From Octopus bimaculoides (Eukaryota): 64,000 nt of DNA. This document shows, in pieces, positions 50,903 to 63,819 of this stretch; within the stretch, counting starts at the first letter, position 1; each line of letters begins with the position of its first letter. Made by a program: the position numbers and the translations under genes. The notes below the pieces were generated by a model, which was not told the origin of the DNA, ran no database searches, and saw only the letters and a program-made list of their open reading frames with translations. The stretch covers positions 96,169,240-96,233,239 of the forward strand of contig NC_068985.1 in assembly GCF_001194135.2 (NCBI RefSeq). The letters are read 5' to 3'.

Positions 50903-51976
50903 AAAATCTGGAGTTCTGGAGCTGATGAACTCTTTCTCTCGCAGGAAACTGTCAAGGCACTTGGAAAAGTGATAGTTGGTAGGAGAAAGGTCTGGGGAAT
51001 AAGCTGGGTGGGGAAGAACTTCATAGCCAAGTTACCTCAACTTCTGGAACATCATTAGTGAAATATGTGGTCGAGCATTGCCATAAAGAATGATTGGCCC
51101 TCCTCTGGGGATGGAAGAGTGGCAGTTTTTTTGTTCATTTTGGCAATTTCATAGCAAAATGTTTCTGCAGTAATGGTTTTTCTAGGTTTTAAGGAGTTAT
51201 AGTGGATGAGTCCAGCAATACACCACCAAACAGTCACCATAACCTTCTTTTTGAAGAACTTGGGATTAGGGAAGGTTTTCGGTGCTTCATTTTGGTCCAA
51301 CCACTGCAAAGAACATTTTTTATTATGTACAAAATCCACTTTTCATTGCAAGTTACAATACGGTCAAGAAATGGATTGGTTTGGTTATGGAGAAGAAGTG
51401 ATGAGCAAATTTCATATCTGTGCATTTTCTGATTTTTATTCAAATCGTATGGAACCCATTTGTTGAGTTTTTTTTTTATTTTCCGATTGCATGCAAATGG
51501 TTGCAGGCAGTTTTCTGGCTAACTTGAAGTTCTTTTGCCAGTTCTTGAGTGGTTTTATGTGGATCTTTCTCAATGGCAGTTTTTGATTGTCCATCATCGA
51601 TGACAGGTGGGCATCCACTATGCTCACAATCTTTAAGGCTCAGGTCTTCACTATGAAATCATTTAAACCATTTTTGAGTTGACCACCCACTGGTCATTTC
51701 CTCACCAAATGTTTCATTGATAGCATGAGCAGTTTCAGCTGCTTTACATCCTTTTTTGAAGTTGAATAGCAAAATTGCTTGAATATCACCATTTCAGACG
51801 ATTGTAACAATGGTGAAAAAAAAATCAATGTTAATTTATTGATGCATTTGGGCAAAATCTATGTCTGTATTATCAGACAATTGCAAAAAATGTTTTTAAA
51901 AAAATTCAAAACTCTGCAAAAATCTGGTACAAATTCTTCATGGTTCAAAACGTTGCTTACTTTTTACTCAACCTGA
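50903..51976 (-). mobile_element. Decayed Tc1/mariner (Hsmar1/Mos1-like) transposon
   Basis: TA followed by TIR tcaggttgagtaaaaagtaagc at the right end. Broken frames give DIQAILLFNFKKGCKAAETAHAINETFG, PFLDRIVTCNEKWILY, KKVMVTVWW and LGYEVLPHPAYSPDLSPTNYHF. Confidence 0.9.
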
Positions 51977-52889
51977 TAATTTCTTCTGTCAAAGCCTCAG
52001 GTTGACCATTATTTTGTGAGATAAATTTGATAGAAGTCAACTACAGGAATTCATTTGGTATGTGTTTCTATGTCCATATGTATACATGTATATACGTTTA
52101 TATCAGTGTGATGTGAAAAGCAAGAAGATCTTAAATATTCTATGGTGTTTATATCTGATTACGTCATGTCAATGTCCATATTGTATTTCGTATCTTATGA
52201 GAACAATGAAATGAATGAAATACTATATGAGCCTAATATATGTGATTAGAACCCTTGAAGGCAATGACCTAGCAAGGTTACAGTTCAATGACTAAAGCTA
52301 GTAAAACAATAAGATGATCATCAGCATTACCCATTTTTTTTTTTTTTGGTTGTCAAATACTGTTTCATAAAATTAAATATAATTATATGTGAGACGAGTG
52401 GTGTAAAATTAAGTAAAATTAAGATGTGATTCATAAAATGACTATGAACTAAAAATTTCACCTTATATTTTATTGAATCAATGAGCAACAATATGTTAGA
52501 GAGTTGGTATATTGTTAAACATAAAAGACTGAAAACTTTTGTTAGTCTTAATTTGTTTAAATCTCTTCATTAATGAAAAAGGAAGTGTTCTGCATTCTAA
52601 CTGGCAATTTGAAAGCATATTCACATGCAACACAAAGTATACCTGCCTATCCAAAGCATTTTCATAAGTTTTTCTTAAACATCCAGGCTTGTTTTCAGAT
52701 TTTTAGCTAACCATAGTTCCATATGTTTTGAGTATATAAAGCTTTCCTTTCATAAGTTTCAAGTTACTCTGGTAGTTCAAAAAAATTAGGAATATGTATT
52801 GTATATAATGCATAGATGCCAGGAAAATACGTCATGTGAATCACATGTGATACAGAGGACAAGCAAAGAATTAATATATTGCGACCACA

Positions 52890-53126
52890 AGGTGATGAGC
52901 TGGCAGAAATGTTAGCATGCCAGGTGAAATGCTTAGTGGTATTTCGTCTGCCGTTATGTTCTGAGTTCAAATTCCGCCGAGGTTGGCTTTGCCTTTCATC
53001 CTTTTGAGGTTGATTAAATAAGTACCAGTTACGTACTGGGGTTGATGTAATCGACTTAATCCTTTTGTCTGTCCTTGTTCGTCCCCTCTATGTTTAGTCC
53101 CTTGTGGGCAATAAAGAAATAAATAT
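52890..53126 (+). mobile_element. SINE family B, tail variant
   Basis: aggtgatgagctggcagaaatgttagc...aagtaccagttacgtactgggg...ccttttgtctgtccttgttcgtcccctctatgtttagtcccttgtgggcaataaagaaataa. Confidence 0.87.
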
Positions 53127-53265
53127 ATTGCTACTACAAGGATTAAAAATTTAGAGATAAGGCAAATGCCACCAAAACACAAAACCCACAGAAGAAAAAA
53201 AAAAAAGGTCAGGTCTTTGGGTATCAAAGTAAGCCACTCATACATAGGCATCTGAATTGAAAAGA

Positions 53266-53353
53266 TTAATCTAGCACTGATATTGAGTATTGTATTCTGA
53301 ATTTGTCCATATCCTTTCCGCAATCAGGCACCAGGTTAATAACCACAATGCAG
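53266..53353 (-). CDS. Candidate terminal coding exon of unidentified upstream gene
   Basis: Acceptor ttttttttattgccatgtttggaacag. The phase-2 join gives NCIVVINLVPDCGKDMDKFRIQYSISVLD* (TAA 53266-53268). Confidence 0.38.
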
Positions 53354-54047
53354 CTGTTCCAAACATGGCAATAAAAAAAATGGGTAAATTTGTAATAAAC
53401 TTCAGTCACACACTAGACATTGTTTCTTATAGTAATGTTTTATTGATTACACTAATATTTTTATTTATGAGAGATCCATTTACATTCCAAGAACACATGC
53501 AAATGAACCATTTGGTTTCTTATTCCTTTATCCAGCCATAAATGCCAAAAAGCTGGTTAAAATCACAATCAAGTATGTAGGTATATATATACATACACAA
53601 ACGCTTGCCAATGTTAAATGACAGAAACATTTTGGCTGTTATGGGAAGATTTCTTTTTAAGTTTTTTTGTTACCTGTTGGAATGAGAACATTTTTTAATT
53701 TTATATCATCGAGAAATAGTTTCTAAGGCAAAAGAATTTGGGTAGCTCTGAAATATCCAACTAGAAAGTCTTAACTTTAAGTAATCATCTTAAGATATTA
53801 ACATTCTTCTCCTCAAGCTTGTGGCCCATTTTCAAACATTTTAATTCTTCATAGTAGGGTTGTTGCCATTTAACACAGGTCCAGATGAATGAGAAAAATC
53901 TATAATTAAAGGCATTCCATCCATTATACCCTGTTTTTTTTTTTTTTTAGAAGTGTCTACAACTACAAAACAGTAAACTGAGATTTAAAAAAAATTGGCT
54001 GCTATTTTAAGCAAGTCAAACAACCATACATCCCACCCCACATTCAC

Positions 54048-54240
54048 TTGTCATAGTAGAGTAATTGGTGCTGCTGGTTAAGATTCCATTGTATATCAAC
54101 TGATTCCAAAAGTTTTCCCCAGTTTAACATTTCCATTGTAACAATCCAAATAATTCCCTCATCTTTATTTCGGCAACTGCAGTGTAGTTTGAAGAGATCT
54201 AATAAGACTGAAACATGTTTAAAATTATGACCCATACTTC
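54048..54240 (-). CDS. Candidate coding exon of unidentified upstream gene (phase 1-2)
   Basis: Acceptor tattgttttaaccatttcag, donor AA|gtgaat; 63 open codons SMGHNFKHVSVLLDLFKLHCSCRNKDEGIIWIVTMEMLNWGKLLESVDIQWNLNQQHQLLYYD in AT-rich DNA. Confidence 0.45.
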
Positions 54241-55772
54241 CTGAAATGGTTAAAACAATATTAGTCATTGAGCTAATGTCTTCTCTCCACCGTATAATTA
54301 TTTCAAATGAAATATTTAATACTTCTTAAATTAAGTATGTTAACACCAACATTTATTTATCTATTTATTTATTTATTTATATTTACTTTTCATGTGGATG
54401 GCGACTATGAACAATTTCCTTTGGTGATATATTTGTTAACAATTTCTTGCGGCTGAAGATCATTGAATACTTTAACATGAAAAATAATAGCAAAAGACAG
54501 GCAGTAATATTTTGTTAACCATTTCCCAAGAACTACTATTCCATATGTATTCTATTTTTCATCAGTTTATGCACGTAAATTTTCAGTGAGCTATTTTATC
54601 AAAACGTGAGCCCTAATATTCTCTACAACATGGGTGTTCTAGGACAGTATCTGTAACATTACATTGACTGCTAGGGAGATGTTCACATAAACTGATAAAG
54701 AATGGCATACGCAAAAATAAACAAAAGACAAAAAGACGAAATACAACTTCAACTCAGATTATTTTCTTTTCATCGAGGTCCATAGAAAACAGAGCCAACA
54801 ATAAATTTGAAAAAAAAAAAAAACTAGAGTGATAGTATCATGATGCTATCAAGGAAAGAAAAATATGTCAACAACAACAGGGAAAAAAAAGAAAAAAGAA
54901 AAGCCATTACTCTTTTAGAATAATTTCTTAAATGATAGAGCTATTAATGATAACTTTTGTTTCTAAAGGTTCTGACTTTTTCAAAGCAGATGGTTGCAAT
55001 TACATAGACACGCAAAACAATATCTCGCTTCCTTAAGAATAGCTAAACCAAATACTTTAGTCCTAAGTTTATAAAATAGAAATTAATTACATTGTTATTG
55101 AAAGTGAGTAACAGAAACAAAAAAAAAAAAGATTGATAGGTTTATGAAATGGCTCTATGGCTCGGGAGATATCCACTACTAGTTAATCTATAAATACATT
55201 ATACTATATATCTATATCACTGTTGACCTTACCACCACAAGAACTATTATCATTTTCTATTAAACTACCTACCTCACATTAAGAAAATAACAAAATCTTT
55301 TTAGAAAGAAGTGGTATTTTGTTTCATAAATGTTTCCATATCAGTTAGACACATATAAACCATTAGAGAGGGGTGCATTGTCATACTCCTTTTCATTTAG
55401 ATTTTATAAATGCTATCTTCAGCAAGTCACCCTTTTGACAAGTTTCAATATATAATTCTTAATTAGATGACTGAGAAGCTTTCCAAACAAAGAATTCAAC
55501 TTAAAAATATAGACAACAAAAATACACACACTGAAACCACAAATAATATGGCCTGGAGACAATGGATATAATAAAATCTAAAAGCTATGTGACCAGAAAA
55601 ATATCTTACTCTATGAGACACAATGTCAGTAGCACTGTAAAGCTGATAAAAAGGTTAAGAAAGCTAATAACATGAAATGACAGTAACATGTAGCTTTATA
55701 TATACAGAGAGATACAGAAGAGAAGCCTTACAATATGGAGGGAGCAGTTATGAGAAGTTGAAAAGCTCCCAC

Positions 55773-55848
55773 CTTTCTTGAAGGAGTTAACAATGTTTGT
55801 GCTAAACAGTCTGAATTGGTAAACAAGATCATTTTTAGAGACATGGTT
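55773..55848 (-). CDS. Candidate coding exon of unidentified upstream gene (phase 0-1)
   Basis: Acceptor ttcactttctgccattcttaaag, donor AAAG|gtggga; NHVSKNDLVYQFRLFSTNIVNSFKK; phase-compatible with the 54240 exon. No recognised homology. Confidence 0.35.
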
Positions 55849-55999
55849 CTTTAAGAATGGCAGAAAGTGAAATATCAATAAAAAGGTTGAATAGATCATA
55901 AAATATTCATTAGAACAGAGAATAAAAATAAAACCTCAGTTGCTCATCAATAAACTTCCTGTTACTATTATTATTATTATTATTATTATTATTGCTACA

Positions 56000-56182
56000 G
56001 CGGCAAGGTGGCAGAATCATTAGCATGCCGAACAACATTCCGAGTTCAAATTCTGCCAAGGTCAATTTTGCCTTTCATCCTTTCGGGGTTGACTAAACAA
56101 GTAGCAGTTAAGCACTGGGGTTGATGTAATCAAATTAATCTCTTCACCAAAATTTGAGGCCTTGTACTTACAGTAGAAAGGA
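56000..56182 (+). mobile_element. SINE family B with 5' deletion
   Basis: ccgagttcaaattctgccaaggtcaattttgcctttcatcctttcggggttgac...gtagaaaggattatt. Confidence 0.78.
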
Positions 56183-59100
56183 TTATTTTTATTATTGTTC
56201 AGTCACAAATCAACTCTAATCGAGCAGACCTAGCATCAAAGCATTCCAACCATGACCATGTCACCTTATTTTCTGACAATATTATCCTACTGTATCTTTT
56301 TTTTTTTTTTACCTATTTCACTCCTTGGCCATGCTGGGGCACCACCTTGAAGGTTGTAGCTGAATGAATTGACCCCAGTACTTTTTTTGTAAGCCTGATA
56401 CTTATTCTATCAGTCTCATTTGCTGAACAGGGACATAAATAAACCAACATCAGTTCTTAAAGATGATAAAGAGAGGCTTGGAGGGAATTTGGTGGTTATT
56501 TCTAACAGGTTAAGTAACCAGGTGGAGGATCCATCATTGTTTCAGAAACTTCCCGTTGAGACATAACAAAATTGACAAATTTCATACACTTTAATCATAC
56601 GAATTTGATGGATTTGTAGCAGGATGTGTAGCAAAATGTGATGTTGTTGATGGTTCAATGCATGTTGTGGGATGTAGCAGATGAAGATAGGAGTGTTGGA
56701 CCAACATCAAAGGAAAACCAAGTGCTATCTGGCTCTCTATCTCAATCATGATGCTGCCTGTCTACTCTTTGCCATTTATCTGGCTCACAGGCATGTGTCT
56801 AAGGAAACCATATTTGTAATGGTCATCCTAGCTAGAAGGATGGATATACCATAGGAGTAGTTTGTACTTATTTAGGTCACTTGTTGTCCATCTGAACTTT
56901 CCGTGACAGCCCAGGTTGGAGGTAGAGTGGAAACTCATCCGTCACTTCTTACAGGACAAAGAAATTTTTCATGCCTTGTCAACCAATAACGGTGGATCAA
57001 GCGAGGGAGAATCCTTAGATTTGGTTTCGAATCTCAGCCCGGAAAATAAAATATAGCTTTCACAGACTGTTCAATTATCAGATAATTGTTATAAAAGCAA
57101 ATTCTGTTGTACTTTGGTTCGTTTATTACTGGTTTGGTCTGAAGAAAAAAATCATGCCTATCACTTTTGTAAGTTCTCTAAAACACGAGACTTTGATTAA
57201 ATGGTGAGGGTATTCCAGAGGGATGACATTTTGAGAAAGAAGGATTGAGAATAGGGGTTAGTATAGAGCCTAAGGGTTTACCAAGAGTTAAAAACACCAT
57301 CTGATCCTTGGATACCTGTATCATGGTTCACTACTCAAGTTAGGTTTCTTATCTGAGAATAATTCGCCTCACCAGTCTCAGTGTTATGGAAAAGGATTTT
57401 AGGTGCTGCTCTCCCTCCTGGCTAAAATCATTAAAAATAAGAAAAAGCAACCTCCATATGCTTTTATTTGCTTGTGAGTGTACGCATGTATGTACAATAT
57501 TTCTGTCTATATAAAATGTTTTAGCTTACATATTTTACAAATGTACATTAATTATTTGTTGACAGTCTAAACTTTCAAGTTGGATATTTTGAAGGTAATA
57601 AAAGTAGAAGGTAGCAGGTTTTAAGTAAGCAAATAGTTTCTAATGTAAAAGTAAATATTTCACCATGGCAATAGAAATTAATTAATTTTTTCTTTTTTTT
57701 TTTTACTGTAAAATACATTTTAATACACATTTAAACCTTATCGTGTTGCAGCAAAATGCAAATATCTATTACAAATCAGTTCTTTTTTTTTTGCTATGAC
57801 TGAACATACACCAAATAAAAAATAAAAGAGAAGATGATATGAGGTGTAACTTTCTAAATGATTAATTGATGTCTTTAGATAGAAGGACAATGATTATTTA
57901 CTCTCTATCTGATTTATTTATTTATTGTTAAGTGACATAGGTTAACAGAGAAGTCTATAAACTGCTAAAGGAGAACTCTATAAACCAACTTACATTTATG
58001 TATATTCAAAATGTATTTCTGTTCTTGAAATATACATTACTAGATAATTCTGTAAATATTTTCTCATATAACAAAATGAAATATAAGCATGAAAGTGAAA
58101 TGAAAGAGCTGTAAGAAATTACAGAATTTAAAGAACCCAAACTGAGTAGTTTGGGGATTTCAGGAAGAAAATAAGGAAGTCATGTGTCAGGTAGTGAATT
58201 CCAACATTAAATACAATCGTAAACTTAGAGTTCATTCAAAGTTAGCAAAATAATACAGCTTCAAAACCACGTTCTGTTATACAGATTTTACATAATGGTT
58301 AATGTGACTGTGTATCTGAGGCATGATAATTGTTAGCTGAAATGAATATTGTTGATGTGATATTGTAGTGCTATTATCATCATAATCATTTAACATCCAT
58401 TTTTCATGCTGGCTTCAGATGGAAGATTTGACAGAACCTGACGAACTGCATAGCTACATCAGGTCTCTTTGTCAGCTTTGGCGTGGTTTCTATTATACAT
58501 AACATCAACTACTTTATAGTGAGTCATGGGTGTTATTTATTTATTTATTTATTTTGTGACACCAGTACTAGAGAGATCACCAAGTAACTCACAAGACAGA
58601 GAAAAGAAAGGAAAGAAAATGTTACAAACTGTGCCCACCACCACCACCACCACCATTAAACATTTTCATACAGCTCTCCATCTTTGGCCAAAACATCCAA
58701 CCCATGCCAGCATGGAAAAACAGACGTTAAATAATGATGATAATGATGATGATCACTAACCATCTTCCAAGGCCTTATTCTCATACACATATCTCAGCAT
58801 AGAATCTTTATTGTTAATACAGAATTTCAAATACTGCTGTCATATAGTTAGTTTTGGAGATCTATAAGACAGTGCTAAGAATCTTGAAACCCAATATAAA
58901 AATAAAAACTCTAACTTAGCTCAGCCAAAAGATATATATCTAAAAACAAGTCACCTGAAGGAAAACAGAAAATAGGACTAAAGCATAATAATCCATGAGG
59001 TGCACACACTACAGCAAGAATCCAAACGATAACGTACCCACTCTTAATATGTTCTTGAGAGTTTTGAACATGAAACTTGGTTATCATAGTTTGGCATTTT

Positions 59101-59424
59101 CAGAGAACATATCCCTTTGAACAATGTATTCATAACACATGCAATTCACCAGTATAAAGGGCTGAGATATGACTCTAACAAGATTTCAGGCTCTACTTTG
59201 TAGAAATCAGCAAACAGATGTTCTCTGGTGACAATTAAACAACAGCAATCAGATATTCACATTTGCATCGGCCAAAATGTATTAAGAATGGATGCATTAT
59301 TTGGATTCTTACTGCTCTGCATGCATCATCAAATAATTTATTTGTTGATTTCTGGGATATCTTTGACTGAGGAGACACAATAAGACTGAAACATCCTGAT
59401 ATTTCAAAGTCCCCTTACATCAGG

Positions 59425-60072
59425 GAATTGTATGTGAGGGAACCCGTGGAAGAGGTAGGCCCAGGAAGACCTGGGCTGAGGTGGTGAGGCAAGACCTTCG
59501 TACATTGGGCCTCACCGAGGCGATGACTACTGACCGAGACCTTTGGAAATGTGCTGTGCGTGAGAAGACCCGGCAAGCCAAGTAAGATCGTTGCCAGTGC
59601 CCCTGGACTGGTTCTTGTGCGGTTGGCACATGAGATGCACCATTTTGAGCGTGGCCGTTGCCAGTACCGCCTGACTGGCTCCTGTAGGATTTTCGAGCGA
59701 GATCGTTGCCAGTGCCCCTGGACTGGCTTGTGCGGGNNNNNNNNNNNNNNNNNNNNNNNNNNNNNNNNNNNNNNNNNNNNNNNNNNNNNNNNNNNNNNNN
59801 NNNNNNNNNNNNNNNNNNNNNNNNNNNNNNNNNNNNNNNNGGCACATAAAAGACACCATTTCGAGCGTGGCCGTTTTCGTGCGGGTGACACGTAAAAGCA
59901 CCCACTACACTCTCTGAGTGGTTGGCGTTAGGAAGGGCATCCAGCTGTAGAAACTCTGCCAAATCAGACTGGAGCCTGGTGTTGCCATCCGGTTTCACCA
60001 GTCCTCAGTCAAATCCTCCAACCCATGCTAGCATGGAAAGCGGACGTTAAACGATGATGATGATGATGATGA
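59425..60072 (+). mobile_element. 5'-truncated RTE LINE: ORF C-terminus, modular 3'UTR and (GAT)n tail
   Basis: Clean frame EGTRGRGRPRKTWAEVVRQDLRTLGLTEAMTTDRDLWKCAVREKTRQAK* (RGRPRKTW motif), about 62-bp UTR repeats, end ccatgctagcatggaaagcggacgttaaacgatgatgatg. Confidence 0.9.
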
Positions 60073-60804
60073 TAAACACATAATGTCCAAAAGTAGATGT
60101 TCTCTAATGATGAGAAACAACAGCAATCAGACATTTGCATTTAATTCTGTCAGAACATATTCAGAATGAATAGATATATTATAGTTTAGACTAAATTTAA
60201 CTATAAGCATGAAAGATAGTGCTGTGTGGAAATCTTGTTAGATACTTATACCTTTTTAATTTCTCAGAATGTTTTCACGAAATCTTACAAAAACCTAAAT
60301 CTATTAAATTCTATTAAAAACTCTTGATAAAAAAAAATCCTTTAACATGTTTTTATTCTTTCTTCTTTTGAGAAAAGCTTAAACTGAAATACCAAAGATC
60401 AAAAAATCTTTTCTAAGGATAAAGTATAGTTAGTCATACTATACCTTCAAAGTTCAAGAGGTATCATAAAGATAAAAACAACTAAAAAAAATACCACTTC
60501 ATGGCTAACATACACAATCTTCATCCTATTTAAACCCCTTTTCAGCAGAGGAAGTCATTGCTCATTGTTTTACTGATGTCAAAGATTTAGATTAAAAAAG
60601 AACTAGTTTTAAACTGTCACACATATAATGATGATGATAATGAGGATAGTAGTAAAAGCAGTGACAATGGTGATGACAAACACAACAATGATTATAATTC
60701 ATATGAAGTGTATATGAAGTGCTCTGTTATCCAGTTTGATAGTGGCTTTAAGAGACTGAGCAGCTGCTTAAGACAGAAAACAGTCTTAACAGATTTAGTC
60801 ATAA

Positions 60805-60938
60805 ATGTGGCACTCCATCGGTTATGACGATGAGGGTCCCAGTTGATCAGATCAACGGAAACGCCCGGCCTGGGAATCGAAACTGCGATCCTCTGACTGC
60901 GAGTCTGCTGCCCTAACCACTGGACCATTGTGCCTCCA
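60805..60938 (-). mobile_element. Short tRNA-headed SINE (family C-like head, different tail)
   Basis: Minus strand tggaggcacaatggtccagtggttagggcagcagactcgcagtcagaggatcgcagtttcgattcc, then gggaccctcatcgtcataaccgatggagtgccac. Confidence 0.7.
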
Positions 60939-61704
60939 GTCATGAATGTAATCAACCAATAAAGACTGATACCTTTTATATTTTGGTTTATTTTTGAGAT
61001 TTGAAAGTGCAACAAATTTCATATTTTGATACTAAAATTTATCAAAAATTTTCTTGTATCTCAGGAGGGTCATTGTGCCAATAACAAGCACAAGTCCTAT
61101 TTCACTTTTTTTTTGTCATTTATTTGCCAACTGGTTAACTATTTAATCAATTAACAAATCAATTGCTTGATTAGTTGTTCTTTCAATCAATCAATCAATT
61201 AGGTTTGTCAAAGTCTCTTCATTGCCGTTTGCAGCCTTGTCAATAATATTCTCTCAGATAAAGTTTCTGAGAGAGAACTCTGGAAGATTTAACGAACAGG
61301 ACAAGAGAGAGAGGTGTGACTGTTCTTGTAAATAAGAATCAGATTTTAAAGGATCAACAATGGAAACATATTTTAAAAAAACATATCTTGGCAATATGAA
61401 ATTCAAGCATTATCAAAGAATATTCTGTTACATATATGCTTTTGTTTCGAAACTATCAATGCTAATATTTAAAACTGATATCTAGCTTTAAAATGTTTTA
61501 AACTTTATGCATTTTTGATCATTTATTTACAATAACTGTATTTATATAGAGAACAAAATGTATAGCATGCTAGAATAATTGAAAGCGAATCAAACATTCA
61601 CAATTGAAAGAATTTATTCAAAACCATGCTAAGTGCACGTTTTAATATTTGTTAATATCAACTCTGAAATTAAGAAAAACTTATTCAGTAAATTTCAATA
61701 ATAA

Positions 61705-61992
61705 GCATAGGCAAGATTTTGTGTTAAGAAGCTTTCTTTCCAACCACATGGTTCTGGGTTCAGTCCCACTGCAAGGCACCTTGGAGAAGTCTTCTACTAT
61801 AGCCTTGGGCTGAAAGAAGCCCGTCATATATTTATATATACATATGTGTGTGTGTGTGTCTGTCTGTCTGTCTGTGTCCTTCCACCATTGTTTGACAACT
61901 GATGTTGTCCCTATAACTTAGCAATCTGGCAAAAAAGTCCTGCAGAATAAGTACTGGGCTTAAAAACAGAAGTCCTGGAGTCAATTTCGCAT
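61705..61992 (+). mobile_element. SINE family A, internally deleted and 3'-truncated
   Basis: ttccaaccacatggttctgggttcagtcccactg...agtcctggagtcaatttcgc. Confidence 0.78.
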
Positions 61993-62262
61993 GACTGGCT
62001 TCCTGTGCCGGTAGCATGTAAAAAGCACCATCCGAACGTGGCTGATGCCATTGCTGCCTGACTGGCTCCTGTGCCGGTGACATGTAAAAAGCACCCACTA
62101 CACTCTCGGAGTGGTTAGCATTAGGAAGGGCATCCAGCTGTAGAAAACTTGTCAGATCAGATTGGAGCCTGGTGCAGCCTCCTGGCTTGCCAGTCCCTAG
62201 TCAAACCGCCCAACCCATGCCAGCATGGAAAGCGGACATTAAACAGCGATGATGATGATGAT
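61993..62262 (+). mobile_element. RTE LINE 3'UTR fragment fused to a truncated SINE A
   Basis: Starts mid-module at gactggcttcctgtgccgg directly after SINE A sequence and ends cagcatggaaagcggacattaaacagcgatgatgatg. Confidence 0.8.
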
Positions 62263-62399
62263 GAGATGATGTGTAATCAAAGTGTTTTTTGTGTTTATGT
62301 GGTTATATTAAAAGCAAAGGAAAAAATAGTCATTTGATGTAGCAACTATTTGTTTCTATATAAGAACATGCATACGGATAACATTCTATGTCTTACACT

Positions 62400-62703
62400 T
62401 GTTTGTTCCTTCTCAAGTCATGCCTGACTCATCAGGGACGGTTTCCCAGTTTCATTGGCATATAGGTTCCCCACCTGGACAGGACACCGGCCCATCACAG
62501 GTGAGCTGCTAGATACAGGAGGAGAGAGTGAGAGAAAGCTGTGGCGAAAGAGTTAGCAAAGTTCACCATTGCCTCCTGCCAGAGCTACATGGAGCTTAGA
62601 TGTTTTCCTCATAAACACCCACATCACCCAGTCTGAGATTCGAACCCACGGTCCCTTGACTGCGAGTTTGCTGCTCTAACCACTAAGCCATATGCCTCCA
62701 CCG
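62400..62703 (-). mobile_element. tRNA-derived SINE family C
   Basis: gtttgttccttctc...gagattcgaacccacgg...aaccactaagccatatgcctcca is the reverse complement of the 49.3 kb element. Confidence 0.85.
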
Positions 62704-62998
62704 TGTCTTACACTTACATCCCTCCTAATTTCAAAGGCAGCTAGATTTCCTCTAACTACCATATTCATTACTAGAGATGTCCTTTTCACCGTTTTTTAGT
62801 ATATCATTTAAACTTCTATATCTATTGAACATGGTACTGCTATAGCATTCATTGAGGATAACCTGCTTAGCAAAATGAGAGACTAATATTAACTCTTATG
62901 ACACTGATGCTACCAGTATCTTTACAACTAGCTCTGGATATCATATTTACTCCTCAGTAATTTATTTTACTGCAGTCAATAATATTTGTTACTTTTTT

Positions 62999-62999
<1 letters not shown>

Positions 63000-63057
<58 letters not shown>
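63000..63057. repeat. (TA)n microsatellite
   Basis: Directly visible. Confidence 0.95.
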
Positions 63058-63062
<5 letters not shown>

Positions 63063-63819
63063 TGGGATGGGGTGGAATTTGGTGGAACAATTGTTTTTAC
63101 AGCTGGACACCCTTTCTAGTATTAACTAGAAAACTGAGAAGTAGGAATGGGTGATGTTATCAGTAGCTCAACTGATGCAAGTAAAATGTATATCATGCTT
63201 AGAAGCACAACAAAATGGTTGTCGTAAGGTTTGATCTTATAACCATGTGACTACGTATTCCAAGATACTAACAACAAAGCCTTGGCACAACACATTCTCT
63301 GGGAGATTGAACTCCTTAAGATCCTGCCAATTTTAGAATCTCTTGCAAATGCTACTATAAAATGGTCTGTCGTTGTCCACTCATGAAGAGACAAACATAG
63401 GAAACTAAACAACTCCAGAGAACCAATGAGGGAGCCTCAACTTGCTAGAAACAGCAGCAAAATATTTCTCAAATTACACTGTATCACATCTTAAAAGAAA
63501 GAGCACATTAGATATGTGGTCCTATATATCCCCAATAAGATGGTGTGGTCATAGTAGGAATGCCTTACTGCACAGGTCTGCTTGATTCTGGTTGACCTGC
63601 ATCTAGACAACAAGAACAGGAATCTATATCTAGACATGATAGCCATTTATTTCTATGTGTATTGAGCCAGCAAGAATTAAGTACTTTGACCATGGACTTA
63701 CCACAAAACTGATAAACCAGAAAGTGAACAATGGACCCTTCTTTCAAATGTTTTTCCCTTTACCATACAATAAGAAAAATATAAGAGGACAGTAGCCAGA
63801 TTGAGTGAAAAATAAAACA

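Noticed and set aside
56560-57140. GC-richer, CpG-containing segment with short protein-like frames on both strands
   Set aside because: No consistent exon model. A WAVTEKFRW stretch hints at a decayed LINE endonuclease, but this is too weak to call.
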